This document shows, in pieces, positions 39,542 through 50,210 of a stretch of 64,000 nucleotides of DNA. The stretch is from a virus (taxonomy: Duplodnaviria > Caudoviricetes), in IMG/VR virus record IMGVR_UViG_3300027374_000478, positions 95,092-159,091 of that record; one strand, 5' to 3'. The number at the start of each line of letters is the position of its first letter. Within the stretch, counting starts at the first letter, position 1. The notes beneath the pieces were generated by a model. The model was not told the origin of the DNA, did no database searches, and worked only from the letters and a program-made list of their open reading frames with translations. Position numbers and translations under genes: made by a program.

Positions 39542-41317
39542 GTGAATTTGCAATATAAATTATATGAAAACGGAAATAATGATACTTCTAATGTGTTAGC
39601 AGAAGTTCTTAAAAATAGAGGAATAGATGATTATAACAGATATTTAAACTTAAATGAGAGTGTCGTTGAACCATATCAGAATTTAGACCATATTGAAGAA
39701 GCAGTAAATCTATTCATGAAGCATTTTAATCAAAAAAGTAAGATTGGAATATTGGTGGATGAAGATCCAGACGGATTTTGTTCTGCAGCAATGATGTATT
39801 TATACATCAAACAAATGGATAGTAAATATCCTGTTGGTTATATATTGCATGGAAGAGCAAAGGCACATGGGTTATCAGACGATGTAGTTATTCCTAAAGA
39901 TATACAGTTATTGATTATTCCAGATGCCGGAACAAATGATAATGAGCAGTGTAAAGAATTATCTGGGAGTGGTATTGATATTTTGATTTTAGATCATCAT
40001 GAAAAGGAAGAAAATAATCCATATGCACTGATTGTCAATAATCAAATGAGTAATGATTATTCCAATAAAAATTTGTGCGGAGCTGGAGTTGTATATCGTT
40101 TCCTTCAAGCATTGGATGAAGAAAATTGGGATGAATTTGCAGATGATTATTTAGATTTGTGCGCATTGGCGAATATCAGTGATGTAATGGATATGCGTTC
40201 TTTTGAAACACGCTATTTAACAGACATGGGGTTATTAAATATTCAAAATAAGTGTTTTAAAGCTCTTATAGATGCACAGGATTATAGTATGAGTGGCAAA
40301 ATCAATGTGCATAACGTACAGTGGTATATTACACCTATCTTAAATGGGATGATTAGAATCGGTTCCCCAGAGGAAAAAGAATTACTATTTAGAGCATTTA
40401 TTGAACAGGATGAGTTTTTTGAATATAAGAAACGTGCCACTAAAGATAAACCTGCTGAAACAATACAGGAAAGTATATATGATAGGGCAGCCAGACTTTG
40501 CAAGAATGCAAAAAGTAGACAAGATAAGCAAAAAGAAAAATGTGTATCACAAATTGCAGAGATTGCACGACATATTCCACAAGAAGATAAAGTTGTTATG
40601 ATTGATACCTCTGATATTCTTGATAATGGCTTAACTGGCGTTGTTGCTATTAAAATTGCTGAAATGTTTAATAAACCATGTATCTTACTAAACAAATTTT
40701 TAGATAAGAAAACAGGGAAGATTACATATGGCGGTAGTGCGAGAAATATTGATAACAGTCCTATTGATAGTTTCAAGGATATAGTCAACAGTACAAATAT
40801 ATTGGATGGTAGAGGTCATGCCAATGCTTTCGGTGTTGTCGGTTTAGAGATAGATAAAAAAGATGACGCATTAAATAGACTCAATGATATTTTGCGAGAT
40901 GTCGAGTATGATTCTACATACCGAGTTGATTTCATTATGGACATTGATGATGTGAATATAAAAATTGTTACTGAATTAGCAAGGCTTGAGGATATTATTG
41001 GACAAGGTATTGAGGAACCAATGCTTGCTGTTGAAAATATCAGCCTTGCAAAAGAACAGTTTGAGATATTTGGTAAAAATGAAGATACCATCAGTTTTAT
41101 GATTGATGATATTAAATATATCCAATTCAAATGTAAAGAAGGTAATCAACTGTATGACTGGCTTCAAAATGCCTGGGATGAAAATGATAGTGTTGTCTTT
41201 AATATTGTGGGGAAACCATCAATTAACGAATATAACGGTGTCATAACACCGCAAATAATTATAGAAGATGTTGTGGTGGTAAGTACGAATAATTCAGATG
41301 ACGAGGAAGAATGGTAG
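39542..41317 (+). CDS. recJ: RecJ-like ssDNA exonuclease
   Basis: DEDPDG, DAGTN, LDHH, GSAR, GHANAFG. Confidence 0.9.
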   Translation: MNLQYKLYENGNNDTSNVLAEVLKNRGIDDYNRYLNLNESVVEPYQNLDHIEEAVNLFMKHFNQKSKIGILVDEDPDGFCSAAMMYLYIKQMDSKYPVGYILHGRAKAHGLSDDVVIPKDIQLLIIPDAGTNDNEQCKELSGSGIDILILDHHEKEENNPYALIVNNQMSNDYSNKNLCGAGVVYRFLQALDEENWDEFADDYLDLCALANISDVMDMRSFETRYLTDMGLLNIQNKCFKALIDAQDYSMSGKINVHNVQWYITPILNGMIRIGSPEEKELLFRAFIEQDEFFEYKKRATKDKPAETIQESIYDRAARLCKNAKSRQDKQKEKCVSQIAEIARHIPQEDKVVMIDTSDILDNGLTGVVAIKIAEMFNKPCILLNKFLDKKTGKITYGGSARNIDNSPIDSFKDIVNSTNILDGRGHANAFGVVGLEIDKKDDALNRLNDILRDVEYDSTYRVDFIMDIDDVNIKIVTELARLEDIIGQGIEEPMLAVENISLAKEQFEIFGKNEDTISFMIDDIKYIQFKCKEGNQLYDWLQNAWDENDSVVFNIVGKPSINEYNGVITPQIIIEDVVVVSTNNSDDEEEW

Positions 41318-41325
41318 GTGATTGA

Positions 41326-44300
41326 TTGTTTACACTTTTACATATACATACAACTAAAGGTTCTCTGTTAGATTCCATATTGACTGTTGAAGAGGCTGTT
41401 AAATTTGCAAGTGAAAACGGTATGAAAGCTATGGCTATAACGGATCATGGGAGTATGGCTTCATTTGTAGATTTTGTTAAAGAGTGCAATAAATATAATA
41501 TTAAACCCATAATCGGAAATGAGATTTATGAAGTAGATGATATGTGGAAAAAGGCAGATACAAAAGAGTACACTCAGCCACGCTATCATTTAATTTTACT
41601 TGCAAGGACTCAGGAAGGATATAAAAACCTTATCAAAATCACATCTGTATCAAGAACAGAGGGTCTTTATAAGAAACCAAGAATTGATATTAAGTATATA
41701 CAAGAAAATGGTCTTGGGAAAGGTATTATCTGCTTAACAGCTTGTCAAGCTGGGCGGTTGAGTAGATACCTTGTAAATGACAAATATGAAGAAGCAGAAC
41801 AATATATTAATAAACTGAAAAATACATTTGATTATGTCGTTTGCGAACTTCAATCACATAATACAGAAGATCAGGCAAATGCAAATCAACTGATTTATGA
41901 TTTCTCACAGAAACACAATCTGCCATATACGATTACGACAGACGCACATATGTTAAGTGATTCCTTCAAAGAATCACACGCAATGTTTGTTGAAATAGGG
42001 GAAGGGAGAGAAGTGGGAGAAAGTTATACAGACTGCTATTTACAGACTGAGAATGAGATATACGAAAAGTTATCTGACCAATTTTCAGAAGACATTATAA
42101 GAAAAGGCATTGAAGAGTCTGTAAATATAACAGACATTATTGAAAACATTGATATTGGTCTGAATAAAGGTAACATCATGCCAAAAATAAATATTGAAAA
42201 TGGCTATGATAATCACGAAGAATATTTGAGATATTTGGTATTCAAAACCTTTAATGAAAAATTTGGTCATATGTCTAAGGAAGATCAGGAGATAAGAAGA
42301 CAAAGGCTTGAAACAGAACTGCCAGTATTATATGCAGTTGACTATACGGATTATTTCATTATGCTGTATATGCTTGCAAAAGAGGCAAGAAAAAGAAAAA
42401 TACCATTGGGGTATTCCAGAGGTTCAGGAGCAAACTGTTTATGTCTATTTATGTTGAATGTGACACAGATAGACAGTGTTAGATGGGATTTAGACTTTTC
42501 ACGTTTCGCAAACCTTGGCAGAAAATCTATGGCAGATTTCGACTGGGACATATCAAAGCGAAGAAGAAAAGAAATGGTTGAAATATCTGAGGAGTTATTT
42601 GGGAAAGAAAACGTGGCTCCTATTGCTACATTCAATACACTAAGTACAAAAGTTGCAATTCGTGATATTGGAAAGGTATTGGACGAGAAAGACTATTCCC
42701 CATACTACAAACAGATTCCGTATAAATTGCGTGACGAAGTTGCAAAGATGATCCCTACAATCAAGACGCTAAATGATTTAGGAGAAGAGGAAGAGAAAGA
42801 CGTTCTGCTCAAAGATATTCTCAATAAGAATGAAAAGTTGAAAGAAGTATATGAAAAGTTCCCACTTTGGTTCAAGTATGTCATGGATGTTGAGGGTTTA
42901 CCTAAGTCAATGGGAAGACACGCAGCAGGAACACTTATAACACCTACTCCAGTTACAGATTATTGTCCATTATGTTATGATTCTGAAAAAAATATTATGA
43001 TCGAGTTAGAGATGCATAATGCTATGGATGATTTGGGGCTTGTCAAGATGGACTATCTTGGTCTGGAGACTCTTGATATTGTTGATGACACGCTAAAAAT
43101 GGCTGGTATTACATGGGATGATGTTGATATTAACCATTTGAATTTAGAAGATAAAGAAGTTTTTGAAAAAGTATATAAGAATGGCAATACAGTTGGTATC
43201 TTTCAGATGGAATCGGCAGAAGGAAGACGAATGTGTATTGAAGCAAAAGCGGATAATGTAGAGGATGTTATTGTTGTCAATGCAGCCAATCGTCCAGGAA
43301 CAAAAGAGAGTTTTCCAACATATTGTCAAAATAAACTAAATCCAGAAAATGTAAGCATTTTGCATGAAGATTTAAGAGAGTTGTTTGGAAAAACACATTA
43401 TATATTGCTGTATCAGGAACAGGCATTGCAATTATTCAGACACGCAGGGTTCCCAGAAGAACAGGTTGATAATGCAAGAAGAGCTATCGGTAAGAAAAAG
43501 AAAGAAGTAATGGAACAGCTTGAAGTAGATTTCAGAGCTGGTCTTACTCAAAAAGGATGGAACAATGAACAGTTGATTGAGATTTGGCAGTTAATGCTAA
43601 AACAGGCAGAATATTGTTTTAATCGTGGTCACGCTGTTGCATATGGTCTATTATCTTATCTTACTGCATATTTGAAAACTCACTACACAATTTATTTTAT
43701 GGCAGCACTACTTACATCTAAAAGCGACAAGGTACAGAAAATTAGTATCGTAATCAACGACTGCAAGAGATTGGGTATCAAAGTGTCTCCACCAAATGTT
43801 AATAAATCAGATATTGAGTTTACTGCCCTACCAGAAAATAATGAGATTTTGTTTGGATTATTGGCTGTAAAAGGTCTTGGCGAGTCTATTGTTGATAAGA
43901 TTATTGAAAATAGGCCATATCAGAGTATGAATGATTTTATTGAGAAAGTTGCTGATAAGACAGCAATCATTACACTAATTAAAGCTGGTGCTATTCCAAC
44001 AAAAGATAAAATGCTTTCTTTGAAGAAATATGCAAATAGACTTTTTGAAAGAAAAGAATATAAGCCAGTAACTACATTGCCATCTCCATATTCAAAACTT
44101 ATACCTTTTGGATTGAATGTTGATGATTACAGGGACGGTAAAAAAGTAAATAAGGAAGCATTACTGATAGATTATAACAAAGCAAAAGAGAAATTATTTA
44201 TAGAAGAACAGAATCAAAAATATAAGAATCACATGATAGAGTTTCAAGAAAAATATGCAAAAGATGAATATATGTGGGAATTTGATACATTGTCTATGTT

Positions 44301-44643
44301 CCTGACGAATGATCCTTTGAAAGATGCCTACAAATATACAAAGACAGATTGGGATATGTTAGAGGACGGAGATAAGATTACATTGTTCTGTGTCATTGTT
44401 GATATTAAAAGAAAGAAAGATAAAAATGGAAATCAATTTGCATATTTAGACCTGTATACACCATTTGGTATTGTTGAAGCAACTATATGGTCAAGCCAGT
44501 TAAAACAGTATAGCGATGATATTAAGAAAGGAAATTGTCTTGCAATACTTGGAAGAAAGAGGGAAGAGCATTTCTTTGTAGAGAAAATAAAACCATATAA
44601 TACTTGGTTGGATCAGATGAGGAAGAAAGGAGTGGCAGTATAA
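41326..44643 (+). CDS. dnaE: DNA polymerase III alpha subunit
   Basis: PHP HIHT..SLLD, TDHG, RGSGA, ADFDWD, GRHAAG, KMDYLGL, FNRGHAVAY. Confidence 0.95.
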   Translation: MFTLLHIHTTKGSLLDSILTVEEAVKFASENGMKAMAITDHGSMASFVDFVKECNKYNIKPIIGNEIYEVDDMWKKADTKEYTQPRYHLILLARTQEGYKNLIKITSVSRTEGLYKKPRIDIKYIQENGLGKGIICLTACQAGRLSRYLVNDKYEEAEQYINKLKNTFDYVVCELQSHNTEDQANANQLIYDFSQKHNLPYTITTDAHMLSDSFKESHAMFVEIGEGREVGESYTDCYLQTENEIYEKLSDQFSEDIIRKGIEESVNITDIIENIDIGLNKGNIMPKINIENGYDNHEEYLRYLVFKTFNEKFGHMSKEDQEIRRQRLETELPVLYAVDYTDYFIMLYMLAKEARKRKIPLGYSRGSGANCLCLFMLNVTQIDSVRWDLDFSRFANLGRKSMADFDWDISKRRRKEMVEISEELFGKENVAPIATFNTLSTKVAIRDIGKVLDEKDYSPYYKQIPYKLRDEVAKMIPTIKTLNDLGEEEEKDVLLKDILNKNEKLKEVYEKFPLWFKYVMDVEGLPKSMGRHAAGTLITPTPVTDYCPLCYDSEKNIMIELEMHNAMDDLGLVKMDYLGLETLDIVDDTLKMAGITWDDVDINHLNLEDKEVFEKVYKNGNTVGIFQMESAEGRRMCIEAKADNVEDVIVVNAANRPGTKESFPTYCQNKLNPENVSILHEDLRELFGKTHYILLYQEQALQLFRHAGFPEEQVDNARRAIGKKKKEVMEQLEVDFRAGLTQKGWNNEQLIEIWQLMLKQAEYCFNRGHAVAYGLLSYLTAYLKTHYTIYFMAALLTSKSDKVQKISIVINDCKRLGIKVSPPNVNKSDIEFTALPENNEILFGLLAVKGLGESIVDKIIENRPYQSMNDFIEKVADKTAIITLIKAGAIPTKDKMLSLKKYANRLFERKEYKPVTTLPSPYSKLIPFGLNVDDYRDGKKVNKEALLIDYNKAKEKLFIEEQNQKYKNHMIEFQEKYAKDEYMWEFDTLSMFLTNDPLKDAYKYTKTDWDMLEDGDKITLFCVIVDIKRKKDKNGNQFAYLDLYTPFGIVEATIWSSQLKQYSDDIKKGNCLAILGRKREEHFFVEKIKPYNTWLDQMRKKGVAV

Positions 44644-45555
44644 ATAGATAATTATAAGGTATATGCTCATGTCAATAAAATAAATGGTAAATTATATATT
44701 GGTCAAACTGGACAAGAAAATATTAAAGATAGATGGGATAGTGGACACGGGTATAAAAGTTGTGTCGCGTTCAATAGGGCTATAGAAAAATATGGTTGGG
44801 ATAATTTTCAGCATTTAATATTGTTTGAAAATTTATCTCTTCCAATGGCAAATATTATTGAAGCAGAATTGATTAAAAAATATAAAACTACAAATAGTGA
44901 ATTTGGATATAATATTACTTCTGGTGGAATGAATTATAAAATGAGTGCAGCAACAAAAGAAAAAATAAGACAAGCACATTTAGGGAAACATAATTCAGAA
45001 AAATCTAAAGAAAAACTAAGAAGAACATGGGAAATTAAAGGACATCCATTGCAAGGTAAACATCATACAGAAGAAACTAAAAAGAAAATTGGTGATGCCA
45101 ATAGATGGAGATTAAAAACAGAAAAAACTATTGAAAAATTGAGGATTGCAATGACTGGAAGAAAAGGCGCAACACATACAGAAGAAACAAAGCAACTTTT
45201 ATCTGAATTAGCAAAAGAGAGATGTTCTAAACCAGAAGATAATCCGTTTTATGGAAAACGTCATACAGAAGAATCAAAGAGACAAATGAGTGTGGCTCAT
45301 AAAAACATTCCAAAAGAAAAACATGGGAGATATGGTAAATCAGTATCGCAAAATACAATAGAGGCGATTAGGAAGGCACATAATAAACAGGTTTTACAGT
45401 ATGACAAAGAAGGTAAATTTATTGCGCAATATGAATCGGTAGTAGAGGCAGCGAAAGCAATAGGATGCAGTAAAAGTGCAGTTAGTAAATGCTGTACTGG
45501 TATAAATCATACATGCAAAGGATACATATTTAAGTTTATGGAAGAGGTGACGTAA
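44644..45555 (+). CDS. GIY-YIG homing endonuclease with NUMOD3/NUMOD1 repeats (ATA start)
   Basis: Upstream frame gives YKVYAHVNKINGKLYIGQT; repeated GKHHTEETK. Confidence 0.85.
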   Translation: MDNYKVYAHVNKINGKLYIGQTGQENIKDRWDSGHGYKSCVAFNRAIEKYGWDNFQHLILFENLSLPMANIIEAELIKKYKTTNSEFGYNITSGGMNYKMSAATKEKIRQAHLGKHNSEKSKEKLRRTWEIKGHPLQGKHHTEETKKKIGDANRWRLKTEKTIEKLRIAMTGRKGATHTEETKQLLSELAKERCSKPEDNPFYGKRHTEESKRQMSVAHKNIPKEKHGRYGKSVSQNTIEAIRKAHNKQVLQYDKEGKFIAQYESVVEAAKAIGCSKSAVSKCCTGINHTCKGYIFKFMEEVT

Positions 45556-45559
45556 TTAG

Positions 45560-47812
45560 TTGGATAATGATGAATTATATACATTTAAAGTAATAATTAG
45601 TACAGAAAAATATTACAACGAAGACACGACTTGGGGATCATATATAGGTTATACAGATGATGATATACCATTCTGTGTAAGAGAAAGTAATAATTCACTT
45701 ATGGAAGATAATTTTAAGCCCAAGAATTTTTGTAATATTGTTGGTAAAATGCAACAGTTATCTATTGGATGTGAATATCAGATAAAAGCCAAACATGAAT
45801 TTAATAAAACATATGGACATCAATATCAACCAATTACCATATATGCAATAATGCCACAAACAAGGGATATGCAATTACTGTTCTTGAAGACAATTATACC
45901 AGAATGGATGGCAGAAAATTTAATAGAAGCATATCCTAATTTGGTTAATGATGTTGCTAATGGAGAATTAAAAGAAATAGAGTATGACAAAATAAAAGGC
46001 GTAAGAGAAATTACATGGCGAAGAGTTAGAGAAAAAATCATTAATAATTTTTTAATATCTGACATTCTCATAATGCTAAAGCCAGTTGGTGTTACATACA
46101 CAATGATTAAAAAACTTTTATCTGATGAACCAAACCATATTCTCTTAAAAAAACAATTGGAAGATAATATTTATTTGCTATGCAAAATTAACGGTCTTGG
46201 GTTTAAAAAAGTCGATGACTTGGCATTAAAATTGAAGCCAGAACTCATAAATACAACTGAAAGATTGGTTGCGTTTATAAAATACTATTTCACAGATTTG
46301 GGAGAAAGTAGTGGTCATACTTGGTGTTCAGTTAAAATTCTAAAGTCGGCAATAAGTAATAGTGTTCCTGAGTGTGCCGATAAAACGGATTGGTTATTGG
46401 AAAACAATGAGTTTTTACACATATCAGAAGATAGAGTAGGGCTGAAATATTATCACGATATCGAAATGCAGATTTATAATATACTGCTTGAAAAGTCTAA
46501 GAAACAGACGGACATTAATATCTCTGATGAAAGAATAGAACAGGCGATCAGACATGCAGAAGAAGAACAAGGATTTCAATATGTAGTAGAACAGCTTGAC
46601 ACAATCAATAAAAGTTTACATAGAACAATCAGCCTAATAACTGGAAAAGCTGGCACTGGTAAGACTTCCATTATGAGAGCGATTGTAAAAGCATATACAG
46701 AGAACCAATTTACATTAACGGCATCTGCTTTATCAGCTATGGCAGCACAGAGAATAACTGAAGCAACATCATTTCCTGCTATGACGATTCATAGGACATT
46801 AGGATGTAAAGGTTTGAATAAGTTTGATTTTAATAAGGATAATCACTTGATTACAAGCGTTGCATTTCTTGATGAGGGAAGTATGGTAAATGCCAGTTTA
46901 TTTCTCCATTGGTTAGAAGCTATTGATGATAACACAAGAATTATTATTTCTGGTGATCACAAGCAGTTACCGCCAATAGGATTTGGTAATGTATTTTCAG
47001 ATTTGATAGAAATGTTTGATGATACAGTGGTAAGCAAATTAGTGAAACCGATGAGACAAGCTGAGAAATCTGGTATTTTAGTAGACGCAAATCTAATCCG
47101 TGAAAATATCAACCCTATAACTGAAAAGTTACAACCGAGAATTATTCATGGTGAGTTACAAGATATGTATTATATGTTCCGTACAAATAGACAGTCATTG
47201 TTTGATATTGCAGTTAAGACATTCCTAAAATCAGTAGAATCTGATGGAATTGATAATGTTGTTATTGCAGTTCCACGAAGAAAAGATTGCTTGAATAGTA
47301 CAAATGAGTTAAATAAAACGATTCAGGAAAAGTTGTTAGGAGATGTATTGCAAAGTATATCTGGTTTTGAGATGACATTTAAATTGGGTGCTAAAGTAAT
47401 GCAGACAGTAAATGATTACGATAAGAATGTGTTTAATGGAGAAATAGGATATATAACAGAAATCAGTGAGAGACAAAATGGTAAAAAGAAAGAAGAGTAT
47501 TGCGTAGTAACATATACTGATATTTTTGGTAAGGATAAATTGATTGAGTACACAAAGAAAGAACTGGCAGCTTTGGATCTTGCTTATGCGATGACGGTAC
47601 ATAAGTTACAGGGAGCCGGTAGAAAGATTGTGATTGGTATTATTGATAATACGCACCATCAGCTTTTAGACAACTGTATGTTATATACACTACTGACAAG
47701 AGCAAAGAAGAGATGCTTATTATTGGCAGAGCCACAAGCATTTTTACAGTGTATTCGCACAAGTCATAATAAACGGAACACATGGATGATGTTAGAAGAA
47801 AAAGTAGCATAA
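45560..47812 (+). CDS. recD2: RecD2-like SF1 helicase
   Basis: GKAGTGKT, LDEGSM, GDHKQLPPIG, AYAMTVHKLQG, YTLLTRAK. Confidence 0.9.
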   Translation: MDNDELYTFKVIISTEKYYNEDTTWGSYIGYTDDDIPFCVRESNNSLMEDNFKPKNFCNIVGKMQQLSIGCEYQIKAKHEFNKTYGHQYQPITIYAIMPQTRDMQLLFLKTIIPEWMAENLIEAYPNLVNDVANGELKEIEYDKIKGVREITWRRVREKIINNFLISDILIMLKPVGVTYTMIKKLLSDEPNHILLKKQLEDNIYLLCKINGLGFKKVDDLALKLKPELINTTERLVAFIKYYFTDLGESSGHTWCSVKILKSAISNSVPECADKTDWLLENNEFLHISEDRVGLKYYHDIEMQIYNILLEKSKKQTDINISDERIEQAIRHAEEEQGFQYVVEQLDTINKSLHRTISLITGKAGTGKTSIMRAIVKAYTENQFTLTASALSAMAAQRITEATSFPAMTIHRTLGCKGLNKFDFNKDNHLITSVAFLDEGSMVNASLFLHWLEAIDDNTRIIISGDHKQLPPIGFGNVFSDLIEMFDDTVVSKLVKPMRQAEKSGILVDANLIRENINPITEKLQPRIIHGELQDMYYMFRTNRQSLFDIAVKTFLKSVESDGIDNVVIAVPRRKDCLNSTNELNKTIQEKLLGDVLQSISGFEMTFKLGAKVMQTVNDYDKNVFNGEIGYITEISERQNGKKKEEYCVVTYTDIFGKDKLIEYTKKELAALDLAYAMTVHKLQGAGRKIVIGIIDNTHHQLLDNCMLYTLLTRAKKRCLLLAEPQAFLQCIRTSHNKRNTWMMLEEKVA

Positions 47813-47816
47813 AAAT

Positions 47817-47864
47817 TGTCTATATATAGCGGTTTGCAAAACTCAAAACCACTATATATAGACT
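47817..47864. promoter_or_regulatory. tandem NrdR-box-like pair 3
   Basis: TGTCTATATATAGCGG (47817) and CCACTATATATAGACT (47849), 32 bp apart. Confidence 0.6.
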
Positions 47865-47907
47865 GAAATGGCAATGAAATAGGACTTTTATGGTATATAT
47901 TTAAAAA

Positions 47908-48897
47908 CTAATTATTTATTGTATTTTTAGATTGAAGAAGATTATAAAATGATTTTCCCAGTTCTGTAAGTACTAACACTTCTCTTTCATTTATTACTTT
48001 TCGTTTGATTAATTCAAAATTGCAATAATAAATATATATATTATTTAGAAAATATTTTTTTAAGTTAAGAATTGGTAAAATTAAGGAAGGAGATGGTAAT
48101 GGGATACCACTAATAAAATTGTCATAATTTAAAACAAAAAAATCAAATGCACTAACTGAGTGTATAAATATGTTGTCGGAAGTATAGGGAAATTTTTTCT
48201 TTTTAAATAGTTCTATTATTTTGGTAAAATAGTAGTCTCCATATTGATCATTTTCTATTAGTTCCAACTGGTTTTGTAGGACAAGTATTTCTTTGCTTAA
48301 ACTTTGTACTTTCCTATTTAATAAAGAATTTTCTTTCATTATAAAAACATTATCTTTTAGTAGTTTATTTGAATTATTTTCGTTGTTATATCTTGTCCAG
48401 CCAATTAAATCATAAGAATTGAGAAATTCATTAAGGGTAGAATGTATGACAAGTTTTATATCTTTACAATCATCAACCATACGAATAATTTTTGACATAA
48501 CCAATGATTTAAAAGATTGATATTTATCAAGTGCTTTTTGTTCCATTACATCAGATAAACCAAATAAATTAATTTTTGTGGTCAAAAATGATTCACTTAA
48601 TACAACAGCAAAAACGGGGATACCTTTGTATAAAGCATATTCATATTCAAGTTGGGTATAACTTTTTCCTGATTTAGTTTCAATAGTACCATAACGTCCA
48701 CCAAGAATAAGCATATATACATCGGATCCATCAATCCATTTATAAATTGTTTTCAGTTGTGATTCATTCCCTGCTTTAAATAATTCCATGCCAGCAGGAA
48801 TATGACCCGCATCAAGAATGGCTTCAACGGCAGCTTGACGTTCTTCTTTTAAATCATTATATGTAGATGAAACAAAAACTTGTAATTTTTTATTCAT
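47908..48897 (-). CDS. DUF4062 (TIR/NDT-like) domain protein, putative defence gene
   Basis: QVFVSSTY.DLKEERQ..GMELF..GGRYG..SYTQLEYEYA; own promoter; flanked by sites 47875 and 48992. Confidence 0.85.
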   Translation of the reverse strand: MNKKLQVFVSSTYNDLKEERQAAVEAILDAGHIPAGMELFKAGNESQLKTIYKWIDGSDVYMLILGGRYGTIETKSGKSYTQLEYEYALYKGIPVFAVVLSESFLTTKINLFGLSDVMEQKALDKYQSFKSLVMSKIIRMVDDCKDIKLVIHSTLNEFLNSYDLIGWTRYNNENNSNKLLKDNVFIMKENSLLNRKVQSLSKEILVLQNQLELIENDQYGDYYFTKIIELFKKKKFPYTSDNIFIHSVSAFDFFVLNYDNFISGIPLPSPSLILPILNLKKYFLNNIYIYYCNFELIKRKVINEREVLVLTELGKSFYNLLQSKNTINN

Positions 48898-49024
48898 TAG
48901 TATTACCCCTTAGATATGATAGGAAAATTATACCACAAATGCAGAATGTAGTAAATATAAAAACATTTGATTGGAACAACGCCAAATTAAATGAAAGATA
49001 GGTTTCAACAGTAAAAACAAAACG

Positions 49025-49081
49025 AAAGGAGCATAGAGATTTGTGCGCACAGAAAATCATGGTTTGCTCTAAGTAGTTAAA
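49025..49081 (+). promoter_or_regulatory. Double-palindrome leader element G
   Basis: AAAGGAGCA..TGTGCGCACA-AAATCATGGTTT-GCTCT; aligns with E and F. Confidence 0.7.
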
Positions 49082-49950
49082 ATGACACAAAAATTAGAAA
49101 TTCCTTGCAGTTATCAAGGGGTAAACAACGATTAGCAAAACAGATTGTAGATATATTTTTTGATGAAAATAAAATTGATGATAGTACACAGTTTTATGAT
49201 ATTTGCTGTGGGAGTGGGGCGATTAGTATAGAACTACTTAACCGTGGAATCAAGCCACATAATATACATATGGTAGATAAATCACCTTGGGGATTAGTTT
49301 GGCAAATGATTGGTGATGGGTCTTTTGATTTATCTGTATTTAAATATTTTACCGAAACTATTCCAAAAGATATTACAAAGATAAAACAATATGCATCAAA
49401 TATCATTAGTAATCCAGTAAATAAAAGTATGTTACCTTATCATTTCTTGTTTTTACAGGCTTGTGCTTTTGGGTCAACAGCAACTTGGGTAGAGAATAGT
49501 AAATGGTGTAAAGCAGGAGGTTTAAGAGATTATTGGCTCCCAACAGAAGCAAGTAATAGAAAAAGTCCAGTAAATCCTATGATGCCAATGCCGGATAATT
49601 TATATAGAAGAGTGGAATTGTTATGTAATCAAGCAAAAGGGCTATATGGATATTGTATGGATGTTTTTGATTTCGTTTATGATCTTGATGAAGAATGGGA
49701 CATTAAAAAGAATAAGAACATTGTCATATACATAGATCCCCCATACCAAAATACACAACAGTACGGATATTCATTTAATATTTATGAACTTGAGGGTCAA
49801 ATATGGAATAATGCACCAATTTATATATCTGAAGGTATTCAATTACAATGTGCTAAAAAAACGTATTTACTTTCAAAAGGCAGAACAAAGGGAAATATTA
49901 ATGGAAATAGTAAAAAGAAACCAGTGGAAGAATGGTTAAACAAATTTTAA
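49082..49950 (+). pseudogene. D12-class adenine methyltransferase, frameshifted in a G run near 49120
   Basis: MTQKLEIPCSYQG then GKQRLAK in another frame; DICCGSG, YIDPPY. Confidence 0.75.
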
Positions 49951-49991
49951 TGCAAGCAATGAAACGCTCGTTTAAAAGGATAAACAAAAAA

Positions 49992-50210
49992 ATGTATAAA
50001 GAATTAATTTATGAAACTAAAGAATTTGCAATACTAAAAATTCATGAACGTGTATGTTCAAAAAATAAGATAATTACGTCATATCCGTATCAAAAAGGTA
50101 GTTTAAAGGTTGTTTTTTACATACCAGATAGGGGAGAGGTGGGAATTGAATATATTACAAAGATAGACAAACTTCCGTCTGTTTCTAAAAGTAGAATAAA
50201 TATGTGGTGA
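49992..50210 (+). CDS. hypothetical protein
   Basis: AAAGGA RBS after site 49960. Confidence 0.55.
   Translation: MYKELIYETKEFAILKIHERVCSKNKIITSYPYQKGSLKVVFYIPDRGEVGIEYITKIDKLPSVSKSRINMW

Noticed and set aside
41326-45555. Intron or intein in dnaE linked to the GIY-YIG gene
   Set aside because: DnaE looks complete through its C-terminal OB-like region and stops at 44643; the endonuclease is free-standing and no splicing motifs were seen.
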